This document shows, in pieces, positions 9,250 through 19,977 of a stretch of 64,000 bases of DNA. The stretch spans positions 20,919 to 84,918 of the forward strand of contig JAHLVW010000108.1 of the NCBI GenBank assembly GCA_019058275.1, written 5' to 3'. Position numbers and translations under genes: made by a program. Below the pieces are notes generated by a model that was not told the DNA's origin, did not search any database, and saw only the letters and a list, made by a program, of their open reading frames with translations. Within the stretch, counting starts at the first letter, position 1. Each line of letters starts with the position of its first letter. The DNA comes from Candidatus Heimdallarchaeota archaeon (GTDB lineage Archaea > Asgardarchaeota > Heimdallarchaeia > JABLTI01).

Positions 9250-10272
9250 TTAACCAAATAATGAACCCATACCTGAATCCTCTTCTTCCTCTTCGTCTTC
9301 CTCAGTTGTAGCTGCTGTTGTTTCTGTAGTTACTGTTTCAGCAGGAGCTGTTCCACCAGCTGACTGAGCTGCAGAAAGGATTTCAGTAGGAATGACACTT
9401 GGGTCTTTATTGGCAATTAATTTTGCTAAACTCATTGCTTCTAGTTGAGATTTGGCTAGAATGTTACTTGCTGTTTCAGGTGTAATAAAGTTTGATTCAA
9501 CTGCTAAGCTTAAAGCTTCTCTTTGGGTTCTACCAAGTAGTTCTGGTAAGTTGTCTTTTGTTGGAATGGCTGCTTCAATTGAAAGTGCATAGGCATTCTG
9601 GTGTGCCTTGACTAGGTTATTCATAATTTCATCGAAGTCAACAATTAATTCATCGTGTTTGAGTAATGTTCCACTGCTAAACATAACATCAACAGATAAT
9701 CCGGCATCAAATGGTTCTACACCCAATCTGCCTAGAACATTTGCTAATGTTCTTGATACTTTTTCTCCAGATCGGCAAACAACTGAATCTTCAATGATTT
9801 TTATTGTACCACCTTCAATTCTAGTTTTTAATCCAATTGATTGTAATTCACCAATTACAGGTCCTGGTGCAAATCCAGTATCTCGAGCAGTTATGACGAC
9901 ATCTTTAGTAGCAATTTGTCCCTCTTTTGCTGCGGTTGGTATCTTCTTTTTCTCGAGAAAATTAGCGATTCTGAAAGGATTGTCATTTGTAAGAATGAAA
10001 GCACATGAACCATTAATATAATCTAAAAGTTTGGAGAAGCCTTTGTTTTTCTTTGAAACTTCATTTAGAGCTAATCGCATCAAAGTATTTTTAGCAATTT
10101 TTAGAGACGCTTCACCACGAAGGTCTTGTCTTAATCTTTGAATCGTTCTTGAAGCAATGTTTTCTACTTTAGTAATTCCAACACTTTTGTATTGTTGGAG
10201 CAAGTCAATTAGTTCGGCTAATTGTTTTTGTTTTGCTAAGCTAGGTTCGTGTTGATATGCTGATTTACTCAT
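9250..10272 (-). CDS. rplP0: 50S ribosomal protein uL10 (P0)
   Basis: KNTLMRLAL, DTGFAPGPVIGELQ, acidic tail ending GMGSLFG. Confidence 0.97.
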   Translation of the reverse strand: MSKSAYQHEPSLAKQKQLAELIDLLQQYKSVGITKVENIASRTIQRLRQDLRGEASLKIAKNTLMRLALNEVSKKNKGFSKLLDYINGSCAFILTNDNPFRIANFLEKKKIPTAAKEGQIATKDVVITARDTGFAPGPVIGELQSIGLKTRIEGGTIKIIEDSVVCRSGEKVSRTLANVLGRLGVEPFDAGLSVDVMFSSGTLLKHDELIVDFDEIMNNLVKAHQNAYALSIEAAIPTKDNLPELLGRTQREALSLAVESNFITPETASNILAKSQLEAMSLAKLIANKDPSVIPTEILSAAQSAGGTAPAETVTTETTAATTEEDEEEEEDSGMGSLFG

Positions 10273-10273
10273 T

Positions 10274-10921
10274 TTAGTGCACCTCGATTTTCATAGAGTT
10301 ACCCATAGTAGTTTTTATGGTAACAGATCTAATGTTTTGTATACCTTTTTCTAGCTTGCCTTCTAAAGCATGAATTATGGCTTCAATGTTCTCAGCCACT
10401 TCTTTATTACCCATTTTTACAGTTCCTACTTTTGTAAGAACAACTGGATTCTCTTTAATCCTTAACTTTGAGGTTCTAGTAAACCTGGTAAGTAAGGTAG
10501 GAATGTCAGCATTAGGTACAATTGGTTGTGGCATTTTTCCTCTAGGAGCCAAATACTTCCCAAGAAATCTTGCAATGAGTGGCATTAGAGGAGGTTCAGC
10601 TAAAAAGAAATCATGTTTTTTTGCTAGTTTCCTGATTTCTTTAGGGGTTTTACCTATAGCCTCTAATTCTGTTCGTCCAAGAACAGTTTTTATCCCAGCG
10701 CTTCTTGCTCTTACAGCAAGTTCACCACCTGCAAAAATAGCTACAGATGGTTTCTTTCTAAAAGCGTGGGGCAAGGTTGTTTGGAAGTTGAAACGGTTGC
10801 TAGGAATTTTAAGATCTAAATCTCTGAAGTTAATTGCGAGATCGATGCTCTCAACGAACTTCCTCTTTTTAGATTCTTTCTTTAACTTAGCAACTTGTTC
10901 AGTTAATTTATTTATATCCAT
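10274..10921 (-). CDS. rpl1: 50S ribosomal protein uL1
   Basis: KKRKFVESIDLAINF, LGKYLAPRGKMP, KTTMG. Confidence 0.97.
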   Translation of the reverse strand: MDINKLTEQVAKLKKESKKRKFVESIDLAINFRDLDLKIPSNRFNFQTTLPHAFRKKPSVAIFAGGELAVRARSAGIKTVLGRTELEAIGKTPKEIRKLAKKHDFFLAEPPLMPLIARFLGKYLAPRGKMPQPIVPNADIPTLLTRFTRTSKLRIKENPVVLTKVGTVKMGNKEVAENIEAIIHALEGKLEKGIQNIRSVTIKTTMGNSMKIEVH

Positions 10922-10933
10922 ATTTATCCGCTT

Positions 10934-11013
10934 CTGTCAATTTTGGTTTTCCATCTTTTTGGTAAGCCATGCACCAAAGAAATCTTCTTTAATTTGTATG
11001 GGCATGGTGACAG
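10934..11013 (-). promoter_or_regulatory. Structured 5' leader of rpl1-rplP0 (candidate autoregulatory RNA)
   Basis: Nested stems CTGTCA/TGACAG, CCATGC/GCATGG and AAAGAA/TTCTTT just upstream of the start. Confidence 0.45.
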
Positions 11014-11093
11014 TAATTCGCGATGTAAGAAATAGGGACAAATGTTGTATTATTAAATATTACTATCATTTATGGGAATAAAAGTAAATAATC

Positions 11094-11951
11094 CTAGCTG
11101 GTTTTTTGCAACAAACTAAAGAATGCTGCGAAATCTAATAAAGCATTAGTATCAACAATAAAATACTTCCAACCTTGTCCAAGAATAACTTTGCCAAAAT
11201 TTTCAGCAAGCTCAGCTTTAGTTACGAACCAATATCGTTGAATGCTTTTATCCTCAATATGACTACTGAATATTTTCAGAAGAGATTGTAATTTCCTTTG
11301 ATCTTGTTTTACCTCATCAAAATTTTCTCTTTCGAGTGTTATGGATATTGATGCTTCTACTATCAAATCAGATTGCTTTTTCCCAGTTTTTGTTGTAATA
11401 TCTAAACTTACTCTGCCATAAGATAGATGCGAATAAAAATCACGCAAGAGAACTACTAAATCATTTTTTTCTTCCTCAGAATCATAGAATATTGTAGTTA
11501 AAGACAAATATGATTTCCTAATAGATGTAATCTCAAAAAGCCTTGGAGATACTTCATTAATTGACTTTGGAATTTTCTCGAGTAATTCCTTTAGTACCCC
11601 CTGTGTATCTAGAAGTTTAATCTTTAAATTCACTTCAGCAAGAAAGCGTACTAAATTAGTTACAAATCGCTTTGTTTTAAAAGCAAGATCTTTAGTAGCT
11701 TGACTAGATAAGTAAGCAAACATCAACAATACTGGTTTGTTTTCTGAATCTCTATCAAAGAAGATAGTACATCTATCCATTTTTGGGAATAGAAGATTAA
11801 ATAATTGTCCATTCATTTTTTCAGGGAATTTACTGTTTTCATCCCAATTTTGTGTTGGAATTATTTGAATGGGAACAATAATTGATTTCTTCTTTGAATC
11901 TTGAAGAAGAATCCCACTCTTTAATGCCTGAGCATTTCTTAAAGACATCAT
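11094..11951 (-). CDS. Hypothetical protein
   Basis: 285 aa ORF abutting nob1. Confidence 0.7.
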   Translation of the reverse strand: MMSLRNAQALKSGILLQDSKKKSIIVPIQIIPTQNWDENSKFPEKMNGQLFNLLFPKMDRCTIFFDRDSENKPVLLMFAYLSSQATKDLAFKTKRFVTNLVRFLAEVNLKIKLLDTQGVLKELLEKIPKSINEVSPRLFEITSIRKSYLSLTTIFYDSEEEKNDLVVLLRDFYSHLSYGRVSLDITTKTGKKQSDLIVEASISITLERENFDEVKQDQRKLQSLLKIFSSHIEDKSIQRYWFVTKAELAENFGKVILGQGWKYFIVDTNALLDFAAFFSLLQKTS

Positions 11952-12515
11952 TCATCCTCTTTTTCTTTTCATTTTTTTCTTTTGGGTTTTTCTTACCATT
12001 TCTGTTCCGCATTCAATGCAGTTTTTGGTTTTTTCTTTGCTTTTTGCACCACAACCAGGACATTGCCAATGATATTTATGTAAAGAGGTTATACCTTTCC
12101 AATGTATTCCCTTACAAGGTATACCAATGTAATTTGCTAAATTCTGAATGTCATAATCATCACTTAGAATTATCACAAAAGTACATTGCATCTGTAACTT
12201 TTTCGCAATTGCAAGAACAGACAAATCACATTCCGAGAGTTCTTGTAAATCACCGGTTTCAGATGCCTTTTGCTTAATATCTAATAATGATTTATTATCG
12301 GGTGCAAGTACTTTCAGTTCCTTGTATAATAACGCTTCTTCAATAATTGCTTCTCCTTTTAACATCCCCCTTACTTCATCTAAAACACAGTCAGGGATAT
12401 ATTTGATTCCAGGAATGTTATGTGTCAAGACACCGTTATAAATAGCAGATGCGTCTAAAACAATGTTGTCCTTTTTCTTTGATTTCTTAGATGTGTTGGC
12501 TTCGTTCTCTTTCAA
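11952..12515 (-). CDS. nob1: NOB1 family rRNA-maturation endonuclease (PIN + Zn ribbon)
   Basis: VLDASA, TGDLQELSECD, SDDYDIQN, CPGC..CIECG. Confidence 0.92.
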   Translation of the reverse strand: MKENEANTSKKSKKKDNIVLDASAIYNGVLTHNIPGIKYIPDCVLDEVRGMLKGEAIIEEALLYKELKVLAPDNKSLLDIKQKASETGDLQELSECDLSVLAIAKKLQMQCTFVIILSDDYDIQNLANYIGIPCKGIHWKGITSLHKYHWQCPGCGAKSKEKTKNCIECGTEMVRKTQKKKMKRKRG

Positions 12516-12536
12516 TTAAACACTCTCAGCATCAGC

Positions 12537-13376
12537 TTAAAAATTAAGTTTATCCTGTAAACGATTAAAGAATCCATGTTCAGGGAATCGAATAAAAGCT
12601 GTTTCATTTTGAGCTTTTGTAATTTCTAAAATTGATCCATCAATAAATTTAGCCTCTAAAATCCCATCGTTAATGACAACGGCTTCTCCATCAAAGGACT
12701 CAGGAACGGTAATTATTATTTTTGCTTCACCAGGAACGACAAATGGTCTAATTCGTCTCGATACGCTGTTTACCGGAACAATTTGCATTGCTTTAATTCG
12801 TGGTTCAATAATAGAACCGCCTGCAGAGAGAGCATAAGCTGTTGAACCTACAGGAGTGGACACGAGTAAACCATCTAGTAAGTGAGTGCCTAAATTATAA
12901 TCATTTACTGTAATATTTAAACGACATATTTGAGCACTGAGCTTATTTGTAGCATAAGATTCATTCAGAGCAGTAGGTAATGTTTTCCCATCTAAAGTAA
13001 CTTTTAATCGCATGCATTTCTCTAAAACAAAATCTCCTTTTAAAACACGATCTATGCCTTTACTACTCCCATTAAGAGTAGCTGTAGTAAGAAAACCCAG
13101 ATAACCAGCATTAATACCAAATAAGGGTACCTCATTTGAATATCTGGATGCCCAGAGCATAGTTCCATCACCACCTAAAGCAATAACTAAATCGAACTCG
13201 TGGATTTCTTCCATGTTTACAGGTTTTTCATAATTGAATTTACTAGCAAAAGACTCATTTAAGTAAACATCCAAACCATGTTTCTGTGTTAAAAGGTCTA
13301 TTACCTTTTGACATTCTTTTTTGTGTCTTCCTTTTGGTAAACGTGAAACAACTGCTATCTTATTGAATTGTATCAT
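12537..13376 (-). CDS. nadK: NAD kinase
   Basis: LGGDGT, GINAGYLGFL, NE, STPVGSTAYALSAGG. Confidence 0.95.
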   Translation of the reverse strand: MIQFNKIAVVSRLPKGRHKKECQKVIDLLTQKHGLDVYLNESFASKFNYEKPVNMEEIHEFDLVIALGGDGTMLWASRYSNEVPLFGINAGYLGFLTTATLNGSSKGIDRVLKGDFVLEKCMRLKVTLDGKTLPTALNESYATNKLSAQICRLNITVNDYNLGTHLLDGLLVSTPVGSTAYALSAGGSIIEPRIKAMQIVPVNSVSRRIRPFVVPGEAKIIITVPESFDGEAVVINDGILEAKFIDGSILEITKAQNETAFIRFPEHGFFNRLQDKLNF

Positions 13377-13518
13377 GATGAATCATCAACACTATGGAAG
13401 CTTGTACAAAAGAAGATAGAAAAACAACTAATAATCTTTCGTATGTTTATTTATAAAAATAAAGCTATGTGATGGAAATTCTTTTTTACTGTAGATTATT
13501 TGAAAATTACTTATTGTA

Positions 13519-13653
13519 GGGCAGGTGTTCTAGGGTTTTGGATTGAATTCCAAAACGGAAAACACGGTATGATACTTCGTTCGGGTGTAAAATAGACGTA
13601 CTATTTATAGAAACACGAAGTGGTCGAGGGTTCAAATCTCTCCCTGCCCACCA
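13519..13653 (+). tRNA. tRNA-Pro(CGG) with two introns (about 13534-13562 at position 15/16; about 13586-13614 at 37/38)
   Basis: Acceptor GGGCAGG/CCTGCCC-A-CCA; T arm GAGGG-TTCAAAT-CTCTC; anticodon stem CTTCG/CGAAG with TT-CGG-G; both insertions are hairpins with BHB-like junctions. Confidence 0.88.
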
Positions 13654-13657
13654 AAAA

Positions 13658-14518
13658 CTATTCATTGTTTTTATTCATTAATTGTTCAATTTTCAAAATA
13701 GTTGGCTCAACAGTTTCCAACAATGAATTATTTGTAGATTTAAAAACAAGTAGAGCATTTTTTAGATACTTTAGAGCTTCCTCTAGATTACCTTCATCAT
13801 ATTTTTTTAGACCAAGGTTTAAGAGCAGATCACCAAATTCTTCCTCATGGTCATCTGGTAGTTTAAATGAAAACTGCTTACTGAAACGTCTAGCAATAAC
13901 AAAACTCTTCATAGCATCATCATATTTACCCATTTTGTTTAGAATCTTTGATTGATCAATTGCTATATTTATTACCAATTGAGGATCTTTACATTTCTTA
14001 GCTAGTTCTAATGCTTCTTCTAACATACCAATTGCTTTCTCAGCATCATCATCTTTTTTGTAGACTATAATTGCTAGGTTTTTCAGGCCTCTTGCCAATC
14101 CTTTTTTGTCTGGAGTTCCTTTTCTGAGCTTAAGTGCTTTTGTTTGGTACTCTTCTGCATATTTTAGCTCATTCTGTAACATGAAGCTGATAGCAATTTC
14201 GTCATAGCAGTCAGCCATACCAATTCTATGACCATAGTTCTTGAAGGCTAAATAAGCTCTTTTGTAGAGATTTCTAGATTCAATCATCTTACCTTTGTTA
14301 AAGTATATTGCACCCAAAATCCTTTGAATATCAGCGAGAATGACATGTTCAGTAGTATGGCGATAAAACTCAAGTGCTTTGTTTAGTTCATTATAGGTGT
14401 CTTCTACGTTTCCAGCTTCATATGCCTTTTTTCCTTGCATGAAATGTACGGCTGCCTCCTCTTTTTGTTTCTTTTTGGACATTTCGCGCACCAGTTCTCG
14501 TTGAGATGATTCTTTCAA
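13658..14518 (-). CDS. Tetratricopeptide repeat protein
   Basis: Repeated LG..Y...G...A...Y..AL helical-pair motifs. Confidence 0.88.
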   Translation of the reverse strand: MKESSQRELVREMSKKKQKEEAAVHFMQGKKAYEAGNVEDTYNELNKALEFYRHTTEHVILADIQRILGAIYFNKGKMIESRNLYKRAYLAFKNYGHRIGMADCYDEIAISFMLQNELKYAEEYQTKALKLRKGTPDKKGLARGLKNLAIIVYKKDDDAEKAIGMLEEALELAKKCKDPQLVINIAIDQSKILNKMGKYDDAMKSFVIARRFSKQFSFKLPDDHEEEFGDLLLNLGLKKYDEGNLEEALKYLKNALLVFKSTNNSLLETVEPTILKIEQLMNKNNE

Positions 14519-14620
14519 GAAAGACTCTAAATCATACTATTACAACCAGTATTATTAAACAATTTATTAATAATTCTTTTAATTGAAAGTTGGCTTAAAA
14601 GAACTGAAAAAACTAATCTG

Positions 14621-15736
14621 GTGGTATTACATTTGGCTTCTAAACTAGAATTAAAACGTCCATCCTTACATTTGGATTATTTTAGCGATTATAAAGATAG
14701 GATTTGTCAAGTATTAACGTGGCATCATCCTACAGATAGAAGATTATGCATTGTAAAGTATGATATTGGTTCAAGTTTTTGGATATCTCGAGAGACTGGA
14801 ATTCAATATACGAGAATTCTGAAAAGTTATAGCTTAGAAGGACAAATTGATAACTTACTTTTGGTGAAAAAAATAGAACCAAGTTATGTTTATCATAGCA
14901 TAGTTTATGGTGTTGATTTCCTTGCTGTACCAAATGAAAGAATCAAACAATACTATTATCCAGAAGAAAGGTTAGGGGAGATATTAGCAACCTCTGATGA
15001 TGATTTAGATGAAATTGAGCTTAAGGTAAAGGTACTTGCTGATTTACTTAATAAGCATCTTAAAATCCCTATGAAAAACATGGGGATAACTGGCTCCATT
15101 CTTTGGAAAGGGCAAACAGAAAAATCAGATATTGATTTTATGATTTATGGGAACGAATATGCTCAAGATTTTAACGAAAAATTTCCTATTCTATATGAAA
15201 AGAATCCTGAGATTCAACCAATGTCTCCTGAGAAAACAAAGAGATATGAAGAAAGCGCTGCAAGAAAATCTGGAATTTCAAGCAAATTAACTAGAAAGTA
15301 CATTTCTCGGAAAAGATGGCTATCAGTTTTTGGCGATACGAATCTATCGATTATCTTTAGTCCTTTATCATCAGAGCTACCTTTTGCTTATGGTGACCAG
15401 ATTTTTACTCCAATCGAAGCAGTAGATGTTGAATGCTTTGTTACTAATGCTGCCTTTGGTAGTGTATACCCAAGTATTTACGAGATTACAGATTGTAAAC
15501 TATTATCTACTAACAAAGTAAAATTAGACTCTCCTCTAGAAAGAATACTTTCCTTCGAAGGAGCCTTAACTGGATTCTTCAAAAATAATGATAAGATAGT
15601 AGTTCGGGGATTATTGGAAAAGGTAGTTGACAAAAAAAACAATCGTCAATTTTATCAAATTCTTTTGGGAACACAGGAATGCTCAGGAAATGAATTTATT
15701 TTATATCCTGAGGATTACTTACAGCTTAAAAAATAG
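14621..15736 (+). CDS. Predicted nucleotidyltransferase (COG1665-like)
   Basis: GITGSIL...SDIDFMIYG motif and a C-terminal OB-like VRGLLEKV. Confidence 0.85.
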   Translation: MVLHLASKLELKRPSLHLDYFSDYKDRICQVLTWHHPTDRRLCIVKYDIGSSFWISRETGIQYTRILKSYSLEGQIDNLLLVKKIEPSYVYHSIVYGVDFLAVPNERIKQYYYPEERLGEILATSDDDLDEIELKVKVLADLLNKHLKIPMKNMGITGSILWKGQTEKSDIDFMIYGNEYAQDFNEKFPILYEKNPEIQPMSPEKTKRYEESAARKSGISSKLTRKYISRKRWLSVFGDTNLSIIFSPLSSELPFAYGDQIFTPIEAVDVECFVTNAAFGSVYPSIYEITDCKLLSTNKVKLDSPLERILSFEGALTGFFKNNDKIVVRGLLEKVVDKKNNRQFYQILLGTQECSGNEFILYPEDYLQLKK

Positions 15737-15789
15737 GTGTTTAGATAGTTTTAGAAGAAGAAATGTAAGGAAAGAAAACTTGGTCTATC

Positions 15790-17242
15790 CTAAGATTTCT
15801 TGCGAGTTCGCCCAACTCCACGAATAGAGGAACTTTCGTTTAATGTTTGACTGTATGTCGCAAAAAACTTCTCTCGAAAATCTTTCAAGAGTCGTTGCCT
15901 GACCACAAAGCGTTTTTGTGATAGCGAAAGGATTACCAAGAATCGTTGCATGATATTAACTGCCCCATTGATATCTCGGTCAATAACTAATCCGCATGAA
16001 TCATAATGTATAACTCGTTCTGATAATGCTCTTATTTTCTTTTCCATACAATAACAACATCTTTTTGTTGTTCTTCTCTCGCTGATTTTTATTACCTTCT
16101 TACCTACAAGTTTTTCCTTGTAGGTTAAAAATCCAGCAAACCTTGAAAGACAACCAGTGTTGTGTTGAGTCCTATGTCTACTTTTAGTGTTCTTCATATC
16201 TCTTTGTTCACTTTTACTCATTTGTTTAACTTGCAAATCTCCGATGATAATGGTATTTGCTTTAGTATTCTCAATGATTTTTTTACTCATCTTGTGCTGA
16301 AAATCTTTTTGCTGATTGGCTTGTTTCCTAAATGTTTTAGTTAATTTATTATGATACCAAAACCACTGATTAGAATATTTTTTACAATGATCTTTTTTTG
16401 ATTGTAATTCCTATATTTTTGGTTGCTAATATTTATCCACACGATTGTTTTCAATAGTAATAGATTTTCCAGCGTGACTATTGACTGATGCTATAAGATT
16501 TATGACTCCCAAATCAATCGCTTGGTAGATACCATTGTCTTGATAAGTAGGTGTCTATTCTTCATAAATGATTGAGATATAGAATTCCTTTGTTTTATGA
16601 ACTTGAAAGATGGTTACTTGTTTAATTATTTTATTGGTAAAATCAAACTTATCATGTAATTGGAATGTTAGTGCAACCTTTTTTGTTTCTTTCGTAGGAT
16701 AGAAATGATTGAAGGTTATTTGATTGCCAATAATCTTGAAACCTAATTGGTTGTAAACTATTGTAGTGAAGTACTTCTTGGACTTAGGTCGTGGTGGGTT
16801 AGCATCAGCATATCCTTTGTTTCTTAAGACAAAAAACGATTTGAAATCGGCGTTTAATTGTCTTAAAGTCATTTGTAATGTTTTAGCATAATTCTGCTGG
16901 TATCGTGGATATGTTTGTCTTAGTTGAGGTAATTTATTTTGTTGATCTATGTAAATAGGCATTTTCTCTTGCTGATCCTTTGGTAAATCTTTGTTTCGCT
17001 CCCACCATTCCTTTCGTTCTTTGAGAGCAAAATAGTATATTAATCGACAATTCTCTGCTAATGCCCAGAGAACTTCTTGTTGTTCAAGGTGTAGGAAGGA
17101 TTTTAAGCTTACATGTAAGTAGTTTTGGTCTATTCTTTGTTTCCCTTATCTGCTCGATAACCTTGTCTATGTCATCTTGTGAAATATCTGCAAGTAATAT
17201 TTTGTGTGCATTTTTTATCGATAGGTTGTTCTTACGAGTCAT
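15790..17242 (-). pseudogene. tnpB: TnpB (IS200/IS605/IS607-type) RNA-guided nuclease pseudogene
   Basis: KLKILPT..QQEVL...CRLIY N-terminus; RuvC-I AIDLGV; IIIGDL; Zn finger; RuvC-III DRDINGAVNI; frameshift near 17085 and TAG stops at 16555, 16426 and 16411. Confidence 0.9.
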
Positions 17243-17410
17243 TTTTTGTCAGTATAATATATATTCAGCTTAGTATATAGCTATTATTTAAAGAGATTAC
17301 CGAAAGTAATAATCTAATGCTTAAATAAATAATTAAGCAATTAATATATTGTACAGTTGTACAAAGGGGCATTTAAGAAAGGAAAACAGTACTACTATCT
17401 CAGGAGAAGC

Positions 17411-19039
17411 ATGATGATTAAGTTCTTGCACTGGCGAACAGATCCATTGCTTTTAGATCACACACAAATTGTACAAAATAATTGGTTAACTGCAAATGAA
17501 TTACTAGAAGCAGATCAAGGTGAGAAATTCATACAATCTAACGGACAGCTTCATCTCTATCCAATTATGGTTCGAAAAATTGATTTTATATCGGGAGAAC
17601 GCATTTTACAGTCATTCCCCTATATTTTATTAGATTAAACTTGGATTGCTAAGATTAGAAAGCAATCGCTTACTCTAGCAGAAAAGGTTCATCACTATTT
17701 TACTGGATCAAATATTTCAAGGTCTATATGTAGCTGGCAAAAGAGAATCATTTCCTATCTAGAAGAACAAGACCGACTCCCCTTTCCTCTTTTCCGGTTA
17801 TTTAACTCCTGGGAAGAGTTATTTCAAGGAAAACAATTCATACAATTTCAATCTGCTCGAGGGGAAGTTTTCCAGCTACCACTATACCTCACAGAAGACC
17901 TCGCTTATCTTACAGGTGTTATTATGGGAGATGGACATCTTGCTAATTATTTCATTAATATTATTGATTCTTCAAAGGAACATACTAAAAATTTAACTAA
18001 ATTACTGGAAGAGTTATTTCACTCACGAACAGAATTTTTTGCACAACAAAATGCTAACGCTTGGAATGTCAACCTTCTAGGGAAATAGCTTGTTCGCTTC
18101 TTTAATTTCCTTTCCGGACAACCGATTAATGCACATAAATATCCCCACCTTTGTGAACCAAAGGTTTTTTGTAATACTAACCTCTTTCGAGCAGCTTTTT
18201 GGCGAGGATTAATGGATGCAGATGGTGGGTATAAGTCTACCATAGGATTTGGTACAGCTTCCAAACAATTACTGAATGATTTTTCATGTTATTTATCACA
18301 ATACAACATTCAACATCGTTTCTATACTCAAACAGTGTTTGGAGGGGCTACTTACAGTCTTAATGTTGCGGGTTCCTCGAGACTGCAATTTGCTCTGTTA
18401 ATTGGTACATCTCATCCACAAAAGGAGCATGAATTGCAAAGACTTTTAGCTCGCAAAGTCTATCGCTTTTCTCCCCGTCCCCATACTTTAAGAAATCATG
18501 ATTATTGGAAAGGACAAATCATTGATTATAATGCTGAGAAATTACTTGATAGTTTTTTTGATATCTCTTTGGTTCCCAATTTAAGCGTCTCAAACTTAGG
18601 AGCTTATATTCATTCTTTACGTAAAGGACATAGACATACTCAATTGGAATTAGCTAAAGAAATCAACATAACCCAAACTATGCTTTCAAAATATGAATTA
18701 AATGATACAACAATTCCCATAGCTGATTTACTCCAAATTTTTTCTTTTTACAAAATTTCACTATTATCATTTCTCTCAAAATACTCAAAATTGCATCTCC
18801 ATTCCCGATGTTCTCATTGTTTACTAGATACCCAACCCAACAAGTTATTACTCCAATTACTTTGTGGGTTAGAATTTAAAGAGCAAGGATATATTCTGAT
18901 AATTGGGCAAGCATAAAAGTTAGTGGAACAATATAAAAAAGATATCAGTAAATATTTTTCAATAAATGTTCCCTCTAGGAGATTTAACAATTCAGTTCTA
19001 AGTACTTTTGTAAGAGAATTCTTCATACTTAGGAAGTAA
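17411..19039 (+). pseudogene. Free-standing dual-LAGLIDADG endonuclease with a C-terminal XRE-type HTH
   Basis: Single frame containing LAYLTGVIMGDG and FWRGLMDADG, then LRKGHRHTQLELAKEINITQTMLSKYE; in-frame stops at 17636, 18086 and 18914. Confidence 0.82.
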
Positions 19040-19351
19040 TTGTTTTGATTTTTGAAAATAAAATACTCAAAACTTTAACTCCAATATAATCAGAAAGGAA
19101 CATCTTTTTTTCTGCCGTTTATAAAGGATTACTTTTGGTAGCTTTTTTTAGTGCTTTTTAAAGAAAAATCGACAAAAAAATTTATCTCAATTCGAAGAAA
19201 CTAACTAAAAATCAAAAGAGTAAATAAAGAAGAAACTGTTTTATTGGAAAAAAAGGAATATGAAGATATTAAACCTAATAAATACCGTGAAAGAAAACTT
19301 ATTATTATCCTATGTAGCAATTTTATTTCGGAATAGGAAGGAGAACAAAAA

Positions 19352-19714
19352 ATGTCAGAAAAATTAGTAAATACAGCATCTGAATTTCGTGATGAAATAC
19401 CGGAACTAGAAGGTCTACTTATAGGAAAAATAGATGGTACAAAATTATGGGGAGATACTCTTAAGGATCTTAATCATGAGTTTATTCTCTCAAGTGCATC
19501 TGTTGCTGCAAGAGCAACTAAAAAAATTAGTGAAGCCATAGATAAGAAAACTATTAAGCAAATTGATATTGAAATCGATGGAGGTTATGTTACGATAATC
19601 ATTTTAAAGAAAGCAATTGTCCTAGGCTTTTATGGTGAAGATGCAAGAGCGCAATTGGGTATCATAAAGAAGAACTTGGGAATCTTTGCTAAGAAAATTG
19701 AGAAGTTAATTTGA
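19352..19714 (+). CDS. Roadblock/LC7 domain protein
   Basis: 120 aa; LEGLLIGKIDG, IDIEIDGGYVTI, AQLGII pattern. Confidence 0.8.
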   Translation: MSEKLVNTASEFRDEIPELEGLLIGKIDGTKLWGDTLKDLNHEFILSSASVAARATKKISEAIDKKTIKQIDIEIDGGYVTIIILKKAIVLGFYGEDARAQLGIIKKNLGIFAKKIEKLI

Positions 19715-19977
19715 TTTATACTTCCTTTTTTCATTCCTTATTATTTTGTAAAGAAAGTTCGCTATTATAAAGATACAACCTAGATAATACAGTACTTTTT
19801 TGATAAGAATTCAATTCAATCAAACAAAGGTCTCGAAAGAAATTAAAACAAGCTGTAACTTTGCTAACAATTATAGCTTTAAGAGAATAATATTATTATT
19901 AATAGTAAACGAAAGAAAATATTGTCGGTGAGGAGAATATCCCACATGATGGACTGTAAGCAGGTGAACAAACTCTG

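Noticed and set aside
10377-11081. 234 aa plus-strand ORF (also 9608..10021 and similar short antisense ORFs)
   Set aside because: Antisense shadows of rpl1, rplP0 and other well-supported genes
13620-13955. 111 aa ORF
   Set aside because: Starts inside the tRNA and is antisense to the TPR gene
13519-19039. tRNA-Pro as the integration site for the TnpB/LAGLIDADG region
   Set aside because: No duplicated tRNA 3' end or integrase was found, and two ordinary genes intervene
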